In this document: positions 1 through 11,030 of the stretch, piece by piece
Numbering within the stretch: the stretch's first letter is position 1
How the letters are laid out: each line of letters opens with the position of its first letter
Assembly (NCBI GenBank): GCA_030141605.1
Contig: JAQGDQ010000633.1
Location: forward strand, 1 to 64,000
Source of the DNA: Tubiluchus corallicola
Lineage: Eukaryota > Animalia > Priapulida
Reading direction: 5' to 3'
DNA: 64,000 nt
Notes under the pieces: model-generated
The model's database searches: none
What the model was told of the DNA's origin: nothing
Seen by the model: the letters and a program-made list of their open reading frames with translations, nothing else
Translations under genes and position numbers: made by a program

Positions 1-313
1 TTTGTATATGAGAAATACAGCAAGTATAACTTAATTTAGACCAGGTTATACAGTACAAAACTCGCAAAGTAGCTCCCTCTAACTGGGCACATGGAAAAAA
101 CCTTGTGGTTTTATTGTGAAATGAACTTTCTTGCAGTGCGGGATTTCCGGAGAAAACGGGAATTTTCAGAAAATTTTCTGATAGCGTCATTTTTCCTTGA
201 GTCCTCGGTGTGAAATGGGCCTTAGTGTCGTAACACTACTTATTGTGTTCCACTGCTGAAGATTTTATACATGATACTTGTTGTTTATTCTTTTTCTATT
301 TATTTCTTTATAG

Positions 314-413
314 GAGTCAAATGATAACTAATGATGACTACAACTTTATTTCCATGTTTGATAACACTTCACCGGAGAAGCGAGCAGACATTTTGAAAAC
401 ACACAGTCACCAG
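314..413 (+). pseudogene. ATP6V1H: Inverted duplicate of ATP6V1H exon 3
   Basis: tttatag|G AGT CAA ATG...AGT CAC CAG|gtaagt encodes SQMITNDDYNFISMFDNTSPEKRADILKTHSHQ, identical to 11959..12058(-). No plus-strand exon 4 follows in the window. Confidence 0.8.
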
Positions 414-2819
414 GTAAGTGTGCTACATTGTACTAAGACTAATTTAAATAATTAAGTCACCAGGTAAATGTGTGCTACATTGTACCAAGACTAATTTAAA
501 TAATTAAGTCACCAGGTAAAAGTGTGCTACATTGTACCAAGACTAATTTAAATAATTAAGTCACCAGGTAAAAGTGCGCTACATTGTACTAAGACTAATT
601 TAAATAATTAAGTCACCAGGTAAAAGTGTGCTACATTGTACTAAGACTAATTTAAATAATTAAGTCACCAGGTAAATGTGTGCTACATTGTACCAAGACT
701 AATTTAAATAATTAAGTCACCAGGTAAAAGTGTACAACAAACAACAAAAACCAAACCAAAAAACAACACCAAACAAAAAAAAAAACAAACAAAACAAAAA
801 AAAAAAACAAAAAACACAAAACAAAAAAAAAAAACACCAAAAACAAAAAAAAACAAAAAACCAAAAAAACAACAAACAAACAAAAAACACCAAAAACAAC
901 CAAACAACAAAACAAACCAAAACACAACCCAACAAAAAAAAACACCAAAACACAACCAAACAAAAAAAAACACCAAAAACGCTACATTGTACTAAGACTA
1001 ATTTAAATAATTAAGTCACCAGGTAAAAGTGTGCTACATTGTACAAAACAAAAAAAAACACCAAAACAAAACAACCAAACAAAAAAAAACACAAACCACA
1101 ACCAAACCACCAAACACAAAAACACAACAAAGACTAATTTAAATAATTAAGTCACCAGGTAAAAGTGCGCTACATTGTACTAAGACTAATTTAAATAATT
1201 AAGTCACCAGGTAAACGTGTGCTACATTGTACAAAGACTAATTTAAATAATTAAGTCACCAGGTAAAAGTGTGCACATTGTACCAAGACTAATTTAAATA
1301 ATTAAGTCACCAGGTAAAAGTGTGCTACATTGTACTAAGACAAATTTAAATAATTAAGTCACCAGGTAAAAGTGTGCTACATTGTACTAAGACTAATTTA
1401 AATAATTAAGTCACCAGGTAAAAGTGTGCTACATTGTACTAAGACTAATTTAAATAATTAAGTCACCAGGTAAACGTGTGCTACATTGTACTAAGACTAA
1501 TTTAAATAATTAAGTCACCAGGTAAACGTGTGCTACATTGTACCAAGACTAATTTAAATAATTAAGTCACCAGGTAAAAGTGTGCTACATTGTACTAAGA
1601 CTAATTTAAATAATTAAGTCACCAGGTAAAAGTGTGCTACATTGTACCAAGACTAATTTAAATAATTAAGTCACCAGGTAAAAGTGTGCTACATTGTACC
1701 AAGACTAATTTAAATAATTAAGTCACCAGGTAAACGTGTGCTACATTGTACCAAGACTAATTTAAATAATTAAGTCACCAGGTAAAAGTGTGCTACATTG
1801 TACCAAGACTAATTTAAATAATTAAGTCACCAGGTAAAAGTGCGCTACATTGTACTAAGACTAATTTAAATAATTAAGTCACCAGGTAAAAGTGTGCTAC
1901 ATTGTACTAAGACTAATTTAAATAATTAAGTCACCAGGTAAAAGTGTGCTACATTGTACCAAGACTAATTTAAATAATTAAGTCACCAGGTAAAAGTGTG
2001 CTACATTGTACTAAGACTAATTTAAATAATTAAGTCACCAGGTAAAAGTGTGCTACATTGTACCAAGACTAATTTAAATAATTAAGTCACCAGGTAAAAA
2101 ACACACCAAACCACAAAAAACAAACAAAACAACCAAACAAAAAAAAACACCAAAAGTGTGCTACATTGTACCAAGACTAATTTAAATAATTAAGTCACCA
2201 GGTAAAAGTGCGCTACATTGTACTAAGACTAATTTAAATAATTAAGTCACCAGGTAAAAGTGTGCTACATTGTACTAAGACTAATTTAAATAATTAAGTC
2301 ACCAGGTAAAAGTGTGCTACATTGTACTAAGACTAATTTAAATAATTAAGTCACCAGGTAAATGTGTGCTACATTGTACCAAGACTAATTTAAATAATTA
2401 AGTCACCAGGTAAAAGTGCGCTACATTGTACTAAGACTAATTTAAATAATTAAGTCACCAGGTAAATGTGTGCTACATTGTACCAAGACTAATTTAAATA
2501 ATTAAGTCACCAGGTAAAAGTGTGCTACATTGTACAAAGACTAATTTAAATAATTAAGTCACCAGGTAAAAGTGTGCTACATTGTACCAAGACTAATTTA
2601 AATAATTAAGTCACCAGGTAAAAGTGTGCTACATTGTACCAAGACTAATTTAAATAATTAAGTCACCAGGTAAAAGTGTGCTACATTGTACTAAGACTAA
2701 TTTAAATAATTAAGTCACCAGGTAAAAGTGTGCTACATTGTACTAAGACTAATTTAAATAATTAAGTCACCAGGTAAAAGTGTGCTACATTGTACTAAGA
2801 CAAATTTAAATAATTAAGT
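405..2819 (+). repeat. 52-bp minisatellite (span ~46 units) whose unit contains the exon-3 end and donor; interrupted by A/C-only patches
   Basis: Unit agtcaccaggtaaaagtgtgctacattgtactaagactaatttaaataatta. Confidence 0.95.
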
Positions 2820-3147
2820 AATAAATAATATTGCAATAATGTAATAAATTTGTACAGGGTGGTCCACATTTCGCCTCCTAAAAGACTTTACAGGATGGTC
2901 ACATTTTACCAGTAATAGATTTGTACAGGGTGGTCCACAAACTCGATATGTAAACAAATGTACAGATAAAATTACCTTATTCAGTTAATATTGGTTAGCT
3001 TAAAAATGTTAATGTACGACTTTAATTATCATAGTACAGGGTGGCTCGAAAATTTAATTACATAAATTTAAACTTGTACGAGGTGGGAAAAAATTTCACA
3101 ATATTCTTTTCAATTTGAAATATTGAATTTATGGTGCAGGTATAAAT

Positions 3148-3370
3148 ATGTCAGGGAAAATCAAACAATACACATTAGAAGAATTGTCTAGTTCTACAAA
3201 ATCTCAATTACAAGAAATATTAAAGGAATATGGGGACAAAGTTCCAACTTCCACATTAAAAGATGACATGATACATAGAGTTTTGGGGCATCAAACCATA
3301 GAGAATGTGATTAACTCTATGAATGATGATAATGTTTTACCTAACAATGCAGCTATTGGCCAAAGTTTAA
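3148..3370 (+). mobile_element. Gypsy-like gag N-terminal fragment, truncated at the inversion junction
   Basis: MSGKIKQYTLEELSSSTKSQLQEILKEYGDKVPTSTLKDDMIHRVL; the mirror copy at 10138-10712 continues into a Gypsy RNase H motif. Confidence 0.55.
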
Positions 3371-3406
3371 TGTGGCCCGGCTAGTCAGATAATTTGCACA
3401 CCCCTG
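3362..3406 (+). mobile_element. Terminal ~45 bp of a hAT MITE (same family as 47478-47976 and 62081-62483)
   Basis: aaagtttaatgtggcccggctagtcagataatttgcacacccctg matches the right ends of the full copies. Confidence 0.85.
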
Positions 3407-3512
3407 TGTTACGTATTATTTAACATACTCAGACGGTAACTCAAAGACAAGCAAAATAGATGTGCAAAACTTGTTTTTTTTTATACTGAACTTTAGTCAT
3501 TCACACGTCAAT

Positions 3513-3967
3513 AAGCCTTTTCATGGTTCCAGCGATTGATGATGATCGTGAAAAGGTCAGAGGTTAAGTGTACCAGACAACACATTTGTGTACACTTGAC
3601 AATGCCTCGCAACCCAAGCCATTGTAATAGCAACAGTTTTAACAGCTAGCTAGAACCTCACCTAGTTCATTTTTTCTTGTTTCTAAGCAAGAACCTGCTA
3701 GTAAATCACTCACATGCTAATGTATAATTAAGTAAAGTTCACGTAAAACAACTGACGTTACTGAATTGATGTGTCAGACGGCTTTGCCTTTCCTACATGT
3801 CACGTTACGGTTGTATTTAACAACTGTAGTTACTGAACTGATGCTGTAGACGGTTATGCTTTACCCACATGCCGCGCGACGATTGCTGTTAAGACGCATT
3901 GCTATAGTACACTTAACCTTTGACCTACAGCAACTGCTCCTGCGCACAACGAAACTGAAAACGCTTA
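3513..3967 (+). mobile_element. PIF/Harbinger-like MITE (family also at 17441-18180 and 31415-31746)
   Basis: Shared body ttccagcgattgatgatgatcgtgaaaaggtca...; imperfect TIRs agccttttca / tgaaaacgct with TAA/TTA flanks. Confidence 0.65.
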
Positions 3968-4439
3968 TAGCACAGCTAAAACTTCACTTTTAGGGTCCCT
4001 GCAAAGTATCATTGAAAAAAATCAGATCTACAGATGCACTGGAGTTTTTAAAAACTGTCACAATTTCTCTTTACAATATTTCTTCATGATTTTGTGCTGC
4101 CATAACTGTATGGTAAATTATGTATTACTCTGGTACCCCCGGTGGCTCCTCTGCGTCACAAAATGACACTCTAAACCACGAACCTCCTTCAACTGCGGGG
4201 CCTGCGGGTGCATAGTTATACTAGTGTTTTGTTACAATTCAATTTTAAATCAACAACTAAACCATCAATCAGTATACAAACAGGGGCATCTCTAGGATTG
4301 GTGTCACCCGGGGCGTCGCTAGGTTGGTGTCACCCGGGGCATCGCTGGGGGTTGGTGTCACCCGTGCGTAGCAGCTCATATACTGTATCATACAAAATCC
4401 TTTAATAATATTTTATGTACGTAGCTACAGCACTTGCTA

Positions 4440-4491
4440 CTATTACTGTTACTATTACTATTATTATTATTACAATTACAATTACTATTAC

Positions 4492-4536
<45 letters not shown>
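4440..4536. repeat. (TAT)n microsatellite
   Basis: Direct inspection. Confidence 0.9.
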
Positions 4537-4727
4537 CATCTTACATATGTAGCTAGAGCACTTACTACATGGTGATTAGGAGAAACATCATCTAGACAAC
4601 ATCATTTTGTTTTCTATCCTACTGAGTTAAAGTGTTAAGAACACGTTAGTACATTGACAATGTTTATTTTAAAATGAAACTTTTAATATTTTTAATTTTG
4701 TATATGAGATATTTACGCATTGAAGTA

Positions 4728-5227
4728 CAGTCATACCTCGGTTGCCGAACATATCCGTACTCGTACAAATCGGTTTTCAACCAGAAAACTCGAGTTGAAA
4801 TTGTCTCCGTTCTTCGGTACTCGACCGACTGCCAAACACGTGATGAACGCATGCGCGGCGAGCCGAGTAGAGCCGAGAGTAACAGACCGCGCCCGAGAGT
4901 AGTCACGCACGTGTTTCTGCTCTTTGTTACGTATACCATCACACTGCTACCAACACGTAAGTTTTTTTCATGCAGGAATAATTATGTTTTTCTTTCTAAG
5001 TAATTCTATTATGTTTTCTTATCAATTATATCACATCTACTGTATGAATAAACATATTTGCATTATTATATTTCATTTTAGTAATTCTTTACAATTCATT
5101 TGGTGCTTGAGAACGGATTATTTGCTTTTACATTATTGCTTATGGGAATAAATGATTCGGTTCTCAACCAAATCGGTTTTCAAACACTTTTAGGAACGAA
5201 TTACGGTCGAAAACAGAGGTATGACTG
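4728..5227. mobile_element. Tc1/mariner (Tigger/pogo-like) MITE nested in the hAT element
   Basis: ta|cagtcatacctcggtt ... aacagaggtatgactg|ta: CAGT TIRs and TA TSD. Confidence 0.85.
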
Positions 5228-5479
5228 TAACACTTTTAATCAAATGAGAATACACAACTTATTTGAAATATCAAAAGGAACTGTCTTTAAAACACAAACA
5301 ATTCTGTATTTACTGATTATGTCAACAATCAAAACTTTCCCGGATTTCATCACTCCAGTTTGAGCAGCGAAGCCAAGAGCCGGAGAGAAGTCTGGAAAAT
5401 TTGGGACTGGTTTCCTGCAATCTGAGCGCATTTGAGTCCAAAATCAGCACGGCAATAACACCAATCATACACTCACATT

Positions 5480-5920
5480 TCTGGTGTCACCCCCAGGGTG
5501 GCATCACCGGGTGTAGACCACCCCCGCACCCCCTTCCCCTAGTGACGCCATTGTATACAAAATCAAACCCTTCTCAATGGCTTGACTTTTAGATTTAATG
5601 AGTAAACTTTGCGTATTTATCTACATTTATGGCGTCACCCCCAGGATGGCAGTTACCGGGTGTAGACCACTGACACCCCCCACCCCCTAGCGACGCCATG
5701 GTATACAAAAAAAACCTTTCTCAATGACTTGACTTTTACATTTAATGAGTAAACTTAGCGTATTTATCTACATTAATGGTGTCACCCCCAGGATGGCAGT
5801 TACCGGGTGTAGACCACCGACACCCCCCACCCCCTAGCGACGCCACGGTATACAAAAAAAACCTTTCTCAATGACTTGACTTTTACATTTAATGAGTAAA
5901 CTTAGCGTATTTATCTACAT
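5480..5920. repeat. ~149-bp tandem triplication of the hAT right end plus flank
   Basis: ggtgtcacccccagg...ccctag(t/c)gacgcca..gtatacaaaa...tttatctacat three times. Confidence 0.85.
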
Positions 5921-5944
5921 ATAAGGAATTTCTGTAAGCGACAA

Positions 5945-6358
5945 TTACCTCCACGTTAATTAGTTTACCTGATTAACAATGAATCCATCAGATCCATTAA
6001 CTCCATGTTAATTAGTTTACCTGATTAACAATGAATCCATCAGATCCATTAACTCCATGTTAATTAGTTTACCTGATTAACAATGAATCCATCAGATCCA
6101 TTACCTCCATGTTAATTAGTTTACCTGATTAACGATGAATCCATCAGATCCATTAACTCCATGTTGATTAGTTTACCTGATTAACAATGAATCCATCAGA
6201 TCCATTAACTCCATGTTAATTAGTTTACCTGATTAACAATGAATCCATCAGATCCATTAACTCCATGTTAATTAGTTTACCTGATTAACAATGAATCCAT
6301 CAGATCCATTAACTCCATGTTAACTAGTTTACCTGATTAACAATGAATCCATCAGATC
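5945..6358 (-). repeat. 52-bp minisatellite (8 copies) = last 26 nt of ATP6V1H exon 5 + first 26 nt of intron 5
   Basis: Minus-strand unit GATCTGATGGATTCATTGTTAATCAG|gtaaactaattaacatggagttaatg. Confidence 0.95.
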
Positions 6359-6446
6359 TATTGAGCATGCTCAAGAACGGAGCCCAAAGCGATTCCTTCT
6401 GCTTACGAGCGTACTCCCGAAATATCTCCACTCGTGTCTTATCCTC
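6333..6446 (-). CDS. ATP6V1H: V-ATPase subunit H, exon 5
   Basis: ttag|GAG GAT AAG...GTT AAT CAG|gtaaac encodes EDKTRVEIFREYARKQKESLWAPFLSMLNRSDGFIVNQ, matching subunit H (RV.IF..YA...W..FL..LNRQD.F.V); phase 0-0. Confidence 0.92.
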
Positions 6447-6571
6447 CTAATTAATCACAAACGTTTGTTAATAAACAGTTACACTCTATTATGCTGGATA
6501 AAAACTTGTAATTTTATTCAAAGTGTGATGTCATCGCAATTATCGTTGCAATAGATAATTACTTTCTTATG

Positions 6572-6870
6572 TTTAATTCTTTCAGGACCGCATCATTCAA
6601 AATAAGTCTTATAACACCTATGACTATTCTGCTACTGTATGAACACAGACATAACTAAATGATTACAAATTAGATACTGTTCTATTTAGGAGAATCTTGG
6701 ATATCCAATCAGGCTATTTGTTTAAACATTATAAGTGATTTAATTGAATAAAATTAAGAAAAACACGCCCTTTTCAGACACTTCAACTTAATTTATTGAG
6801 TAGCTTAGTCTGGTGTACACTTGCTTGATTGTACGCATTTTTGTTGATCGCCTTCTTGCTACAGAACAAG
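6572..6870 (-). mobile_element. Partial copy of the piggyBac-like MITE at 44807-45533
   Basis: Reverse-complement similarity to 45240-45535 (gagtagcttagtctggtgtacacttg, aactaaatgattacaaat). Confidence 0.7.
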
Positions 6871-7864
6871 AGAACTGTCTTTCACACAGAGTTCCAGGAA
6901 AAAACAACCAATCAGCTAAAGAGAAATTATCAGAGCATTCGTAGCGCACGCTTCACTAACTAAACAAAAGTTTAAAATGCTTTATATTGCGAATAAGATC
7001 AATAATGTCTTTTTTGGTGAGTCAGTGGTGCACACTGGGATGCAGTACCGATTTCCTAGGTGGCACGCACATTTTAAATTATTAAGAGTCTTCTTTTCCA
7101 GTTATACAAGTCTTTCAAACAGGTAAGCGTAATGCTAAGTAATAATGTAACTTTGAATGGAAACTTCTTTGAGATACATTTTAAAATTGCATTTGCTTCC
7201 TGTTCAAGAATTATATAAACAGGGATGAGAATGACAAATTGCAAAAAACTGTGAAACAGGCCGGGGGGTTGGGGGCCACCCAATCGCAATTTTGAGACCA
7301 TGGAGCCTCTAAGTGGACCAAAAATATCAATTACCTTGTTTCATGTATAATTTCAAATACCCAGCTATCAAGGATACATGATACATATAATCGCGAAGCT
7401 TCAAAAAATTAACAAATTTTATTTTGTATATATTTTGCTGCCCATATTTCATAAATTATAAAATTAAACTTGGTTTTATTCAAAGTACGCTTTGGTATTT
7501 CGGTTGTTTGTGTCTGGACGCCTCAAAGCTTCACATTTGTCAGCAATGAAGATATGCCGCATTGCCGTAAAAGGCATGCTACAAATCCTACAGATTATCA
7601 AATAAACGATATTTACGCTTTATTTGAGCTATTTTAGCCAAAATTTTTCAGCGATTTTTAACATCTAGGAGACAAAAAGTAAGCTAGATAAATACCTGGA
7701 AAAATGCTACTGAAAGTTTAGGTTACGATTTCGACGAAAACAAGGTTTAACCCGGAAAAATTTTCTCAACAAATTTACACGATTTACAAAAATGGCACTA
7801 CTAGTCTTCCAAAAAACTCGGAATTCGCGTATCCGTGGGAAATTCTCATCCCTATATAAATTAC

Positions 7865-7954
7865 CTGTAGCATGTCATCTATCATTGTTAGTGTATACTG
7901 TACTGTCTGATCCTTGGCAATGTGACCCATTAGGTTCAAGAATGTCTTTGCACA
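7865..7954 (-). CDS. ATP6V1H: V-ATPase subunit H, exon 4
   Basis: ttgtag|TGT GCA AAG...CTA CAG|gtaatt encodes CAKTFLNLMGHIAKDQTVQYTLTMIDDMLQ (human, recalled: CAKTFINLMTHICKEQTVQYILTMVDDMLQ). Confidence 0.95.
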
Positions 7955-9029
7955 CTACAAGAAATGATTGTTATTTGAACATGTTTTAATACAGTAAGCT
8001 TCAGAATTTGTTTTAAATTATATTGTTGGTGTCAAGCAATTTAATCTAGCATTCTATAATTATTTGTTTTCTTTCCGTATTTTTACAAACATGCATTTCC
8101 TGAAACTGTTTAAAGCGAAGCCAGCCTTAGTCATGTGACCTAAGCTTTAGTAGTATACGCCACCTATCAATCGCACTTGTTCTTACACGTAGTTACATTT
8201 TCTGTTGCCGCTATGCTGATCATGCCGTTTGGTGATACTTGCATTGCTTTGTCTATTTTGTTACAATTTAACAGTCACTAGTTGTATTTTCAAGCCAAAG
8301 TTGTCACCAGTAAATGTAAGTCACCATCTACTTTAATAATTAGTTAATAGTTTAAATTGGTTAGAATTGCTTCAAATGTCTAGAATCATAAAGTAATAAT
8401 TTGTGTTTCAGTCTTCTTAAATCTAACTTTTTATTTTGTCTAAATAGTAATAACCTTTAGCACATTCTTAAGCACTTTTTGTGATCTGTTATTTTAATAA
8501 ATTGCAGGTCTATCGCATTTTTGCCGTTTCTTTGCCTGGACTGGGCGCATCCACATATATGTTGTAGAAATTTGCAATCATTTTATTGTAAAACGTAGAC
8601 AATGTTCACTTCAGTAACAAAATTGAACAAAAAGTCATAAAAGTTGGCAATATGATACTGTAGAAATTTTGTATTCTTCAACATTACTTTAGCAGTAGAA
8701 TATTTGCATCCTTTACCATAGCTGTCTCTAGATCAACTGAACTTGCATGCCTGAGAGAATAAAGCTGTAATCACATGACCAGACATACAAGTTCCTATTG
8801 GATGGTACATTTACAGACCATAAATGGAAAAGTCATCTATACTCTACACACTACTAGTTAAACCAAAATCAAAGTCTACTTGGCTTCTTTGATAGCAGAA
8901 TAAAGATTATTACAGAAAGCTGTGTTACAATTGGTTTGAAGAAACCAAAAAACTTGAAATTTAGTTTTACGATTTTATTCTGAAATGACAATACAACATA
9001 AATTTAAATTTAGAATAATTAAAATGATT

Positions 9030-9205
9030 TTCTTCTGTCCATCCTCCCCCTCGTGATGTGTCAACCATCACCACACGATTCCAGGATGCAGATTTTGGAA
9101 ATTGATCTCGTCATTTGTTGATTGCCAACTTGAATTTTTGCGACTCTTACATGACCATCTTGCCCTGGATAAGTTTTGACGATTCGTCCAAGAGCCCATT
9201 GTGTA
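9030..9205 (-). mobile_element. BEL/Pao LTR retrotransposon 3' end: integrase C-terminal (DUF5641-like) fragment, polypurine tract and probable LTR start
   Basis: WALGRIVKTYPGQDGHVRVAKIQ...TRSISKICIL*, then gagggggagga followed by TG at ~9041. Confidence 0.8.
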
Positions 9206-9259
9206 GGTTTTTTCAGAATCAGTCTTGGCATACGGTCAGACCGATGATGAAAAAATGGA

Positions 9260-9636
9260 CACAATAGGCACCCGATTTGAAATGAACATCTCTGAAGAGG
9301 AACAAGGTATAGTTCCTCATGCTGTGCGGCATCTGTTACTGAAGAGCTGCTACTGAAAGAAATGAGAGCCCTCCTGAATTCAAAGTGTCTACTCAATTTC
9401 TTGAGTTATACAATGAGGATATCATAGATTTATTTGAACCAACTGCAGAACTTGGCAAGAATAAAAAGTCTAGTATTAAGATTCTTGAAGACGTTAATGG
9501 TGGTATTCATTGCATTGGAGTAACGACAAAGTCACTTTCTACTGAACTAGAGACTTTGCAAGCATTGAAGACAGGTGCTCTGTCACGAACAACGGCAGCT
9601 ACACAGATGAATTCTCATTCCTCTCGATCACATGCC
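9260..9636 (+). pseudogene. KIF21: Intronless, frameshifted fragment of a KIF21-type kinesin-4 motor domain
   Basis: TIGTRFEMNISEEEQGIVPHAVRHL.../[20 protein letters not shown]...[22 protein letters not shown]...[24 protein letters not shown] (switch I NxxSSRSHA; KIF21-like LSRTTAxTQMN). Confidence 0.85.
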
Positions 9637-10105
9637 AAATATGATGAAGTTTCCTTGAATGATACCGAGCATCAAGGACCAAAATTGCAACAGGACCTGA
9701 ATAATGTTCTACTTCGATTTCGGAAGGAGCCAATTGCCTTGGTCTGTGACATTGCTGAAATGTATCTTCGCATAGGAATAGCTGAAGAAGACAGACATTT
9801 TCATCGTTTCTTCTGGAGAAATCTTGACACCACCAGGCAACCAGATGAATGAGTTTTGTCATGTTATTTTTTGGAGAAAATGCATCACCGTTTTTAGCTG
9901 AACTTGTCACACAGGAACATGCAAGAAAGAATGCAGAGAAATTTCCAATGGCTTCAGAGACTGTGAACATACATAGATAACAGCATGGATTCTGTTCCTA
10001 CGATTGAAGATGGAAAGACTTTGTACCATGAACTGTCAGAACTCTGGGCACTAGCTGGCATGTATGCAAGAAAATGGTTGTCGAACTCATCAGAAGTCTT
10101 CCCAC
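9634..10105 (+). mobile_element. BEL/Pao reverse transcriptase fragment, decayed
   Basis: AKY..VSLND...[34 protein letters not shown]...[10 protein letters not shown]; then [18 protein letters not shown] (degenerate YVDD) and RKWLSNS. Confidence 0.88.
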
Positions 10106-10137
10106 GGACTACACATGGAGAAATAAATCCAGCAGGA

Positions 10138-10712
10138 TCAAAAATTGTTGCTAGTTGAATGCTGATCCGTTCTCAATACAAAAGTAACTGCTTCAAGATA
10201 AAATTTCAATTTTTCGATACAAAAAATTATTGCAAGCAGCTCTATTTCAACTGCGCTGTAGTTGCGCTCAGCAGAAGTCAGTTTACGACTGACGTACATG
10301 ATTGGGACTTCTCCTAAGTCACCCTGGATCTGGGATAGTACATCCCCATTCTGATGAGGGATATCTTCCAAAACATTAGTGTTCGGAGTTAAACCTTCTG
10401 GTTTCAACACTTTACTCCGAACTGATTGCTCAGTTACAACAGTAGATTCGTCTTTACTCTCTGTTGTACTTTTTTCATCAACATTTAAACTTTGGCCAAT
10501 AGCTGCATTGTTAGGTAAAACATTATCATCATTCATAGAGTTAATCACATTCTCTATGGTTTGATGCCCCAAAACTCTATGTATCATGTCATCTTTTAAT
10601 GTGGAAGTTGGAACTTTGTCACCATATTCCTTTAATATTTCTTGTAATTGAGATTTTGTAGAACTAGACAATTCTTCTAATGTGTTTGATTTTCCCTGAC
10701 ATATTTATACCT
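10138..10712 (-). mobile_element. Internally deleted Ty3/Gypsy element: gag-like N-terminus joined to an RNase H fragment
   Basis: VLSQ...VPIMYVSRKLTSAERNYSAVEIELLAIIFCIEKLKFYL...FVLRTD is the Gypsy RNase H signature. The ATG at 10712 is put out of frame by a 5-bp deletion relative to the left-arm copy. Confidence 0.8.
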
Positions 10713-11030
10713 GCACCATAGATTCAATATTTCAAATTGAAAAGAATATTGTGAAATTTTTTCCCACCTCGTACAAGTTTAAATTTATGTAATTAAATTT
10801 TCGAGCCACCCTGTACTATGATAATTAAAGTCGTACATTAACATTTTTAAGCTAACCAATATTAACTGAATAAGGTAATTTTATCTGTACATTTGTTTAC
10901 ATATCGAGTTTGTGGACCACCCTGTACAAATCTATTACTGGTAAAATGTGACCATCCTGTAAAGTCTTTTAGGAGGCGAAATGTGGACCACCCTGTACAA
11001 ATTTATTACATTATTGCAATATTATTTATT

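Larger units (their letters stand above)
1..3370 (+). repeat. Left arm of a large inverted duplication (reverse complement of ~10487-12371); runs off the window start
   Basis: Base 1 onward (tttgtatatgagaaatacag) is the reverse complement of sequence ending at 12371. Identity continues through the exon, the 52-bp array and the gag-like segment to ...ggccaaagtttaa (~3370). ORFs 243..455(+) and 11917..12129(-) are identical. Differences: a few SNPs, a 5-bp indel and array length. Confidence 0.95.
4281..5553. mobile_element. Non-autonomous hAT element with 8-bp TSD
   Basis: TSD tatacaaa at 4273-4280 and 5554-5561; imperfect TIRs caggggcatctctagg / cctagtgacgccattg; subterminal ggtgtcaccc motifs. 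Confidence 0.75.

Noticed and set aside
704-1014. K/N/Q/T-rich and F/V/L/C-rich ORFs
   Set aside because: Translations of an A/C-only patch that is probably an artefact.
405-2819. CRISPR-like array (also considered for the other regular arrays)
   Set aside because: Units are head-to-tail with no unique spacers, there are no cas genes, and the context is eukaryotic introns.
3994-4112. Possible exon near the inversion junction (sought ATP6V1H exon 6)
   Set aside because: No match to the expected RIIAKLA.W motif on either strand of 3400-5945; the best-looking frame has a stop.
9385-9852. Functional kinesin-RT fusion gene
   Set aside because: Both parts are partial (no P-loop, degenerate YVDD), and adjacent sequence has frameshifts and stops.
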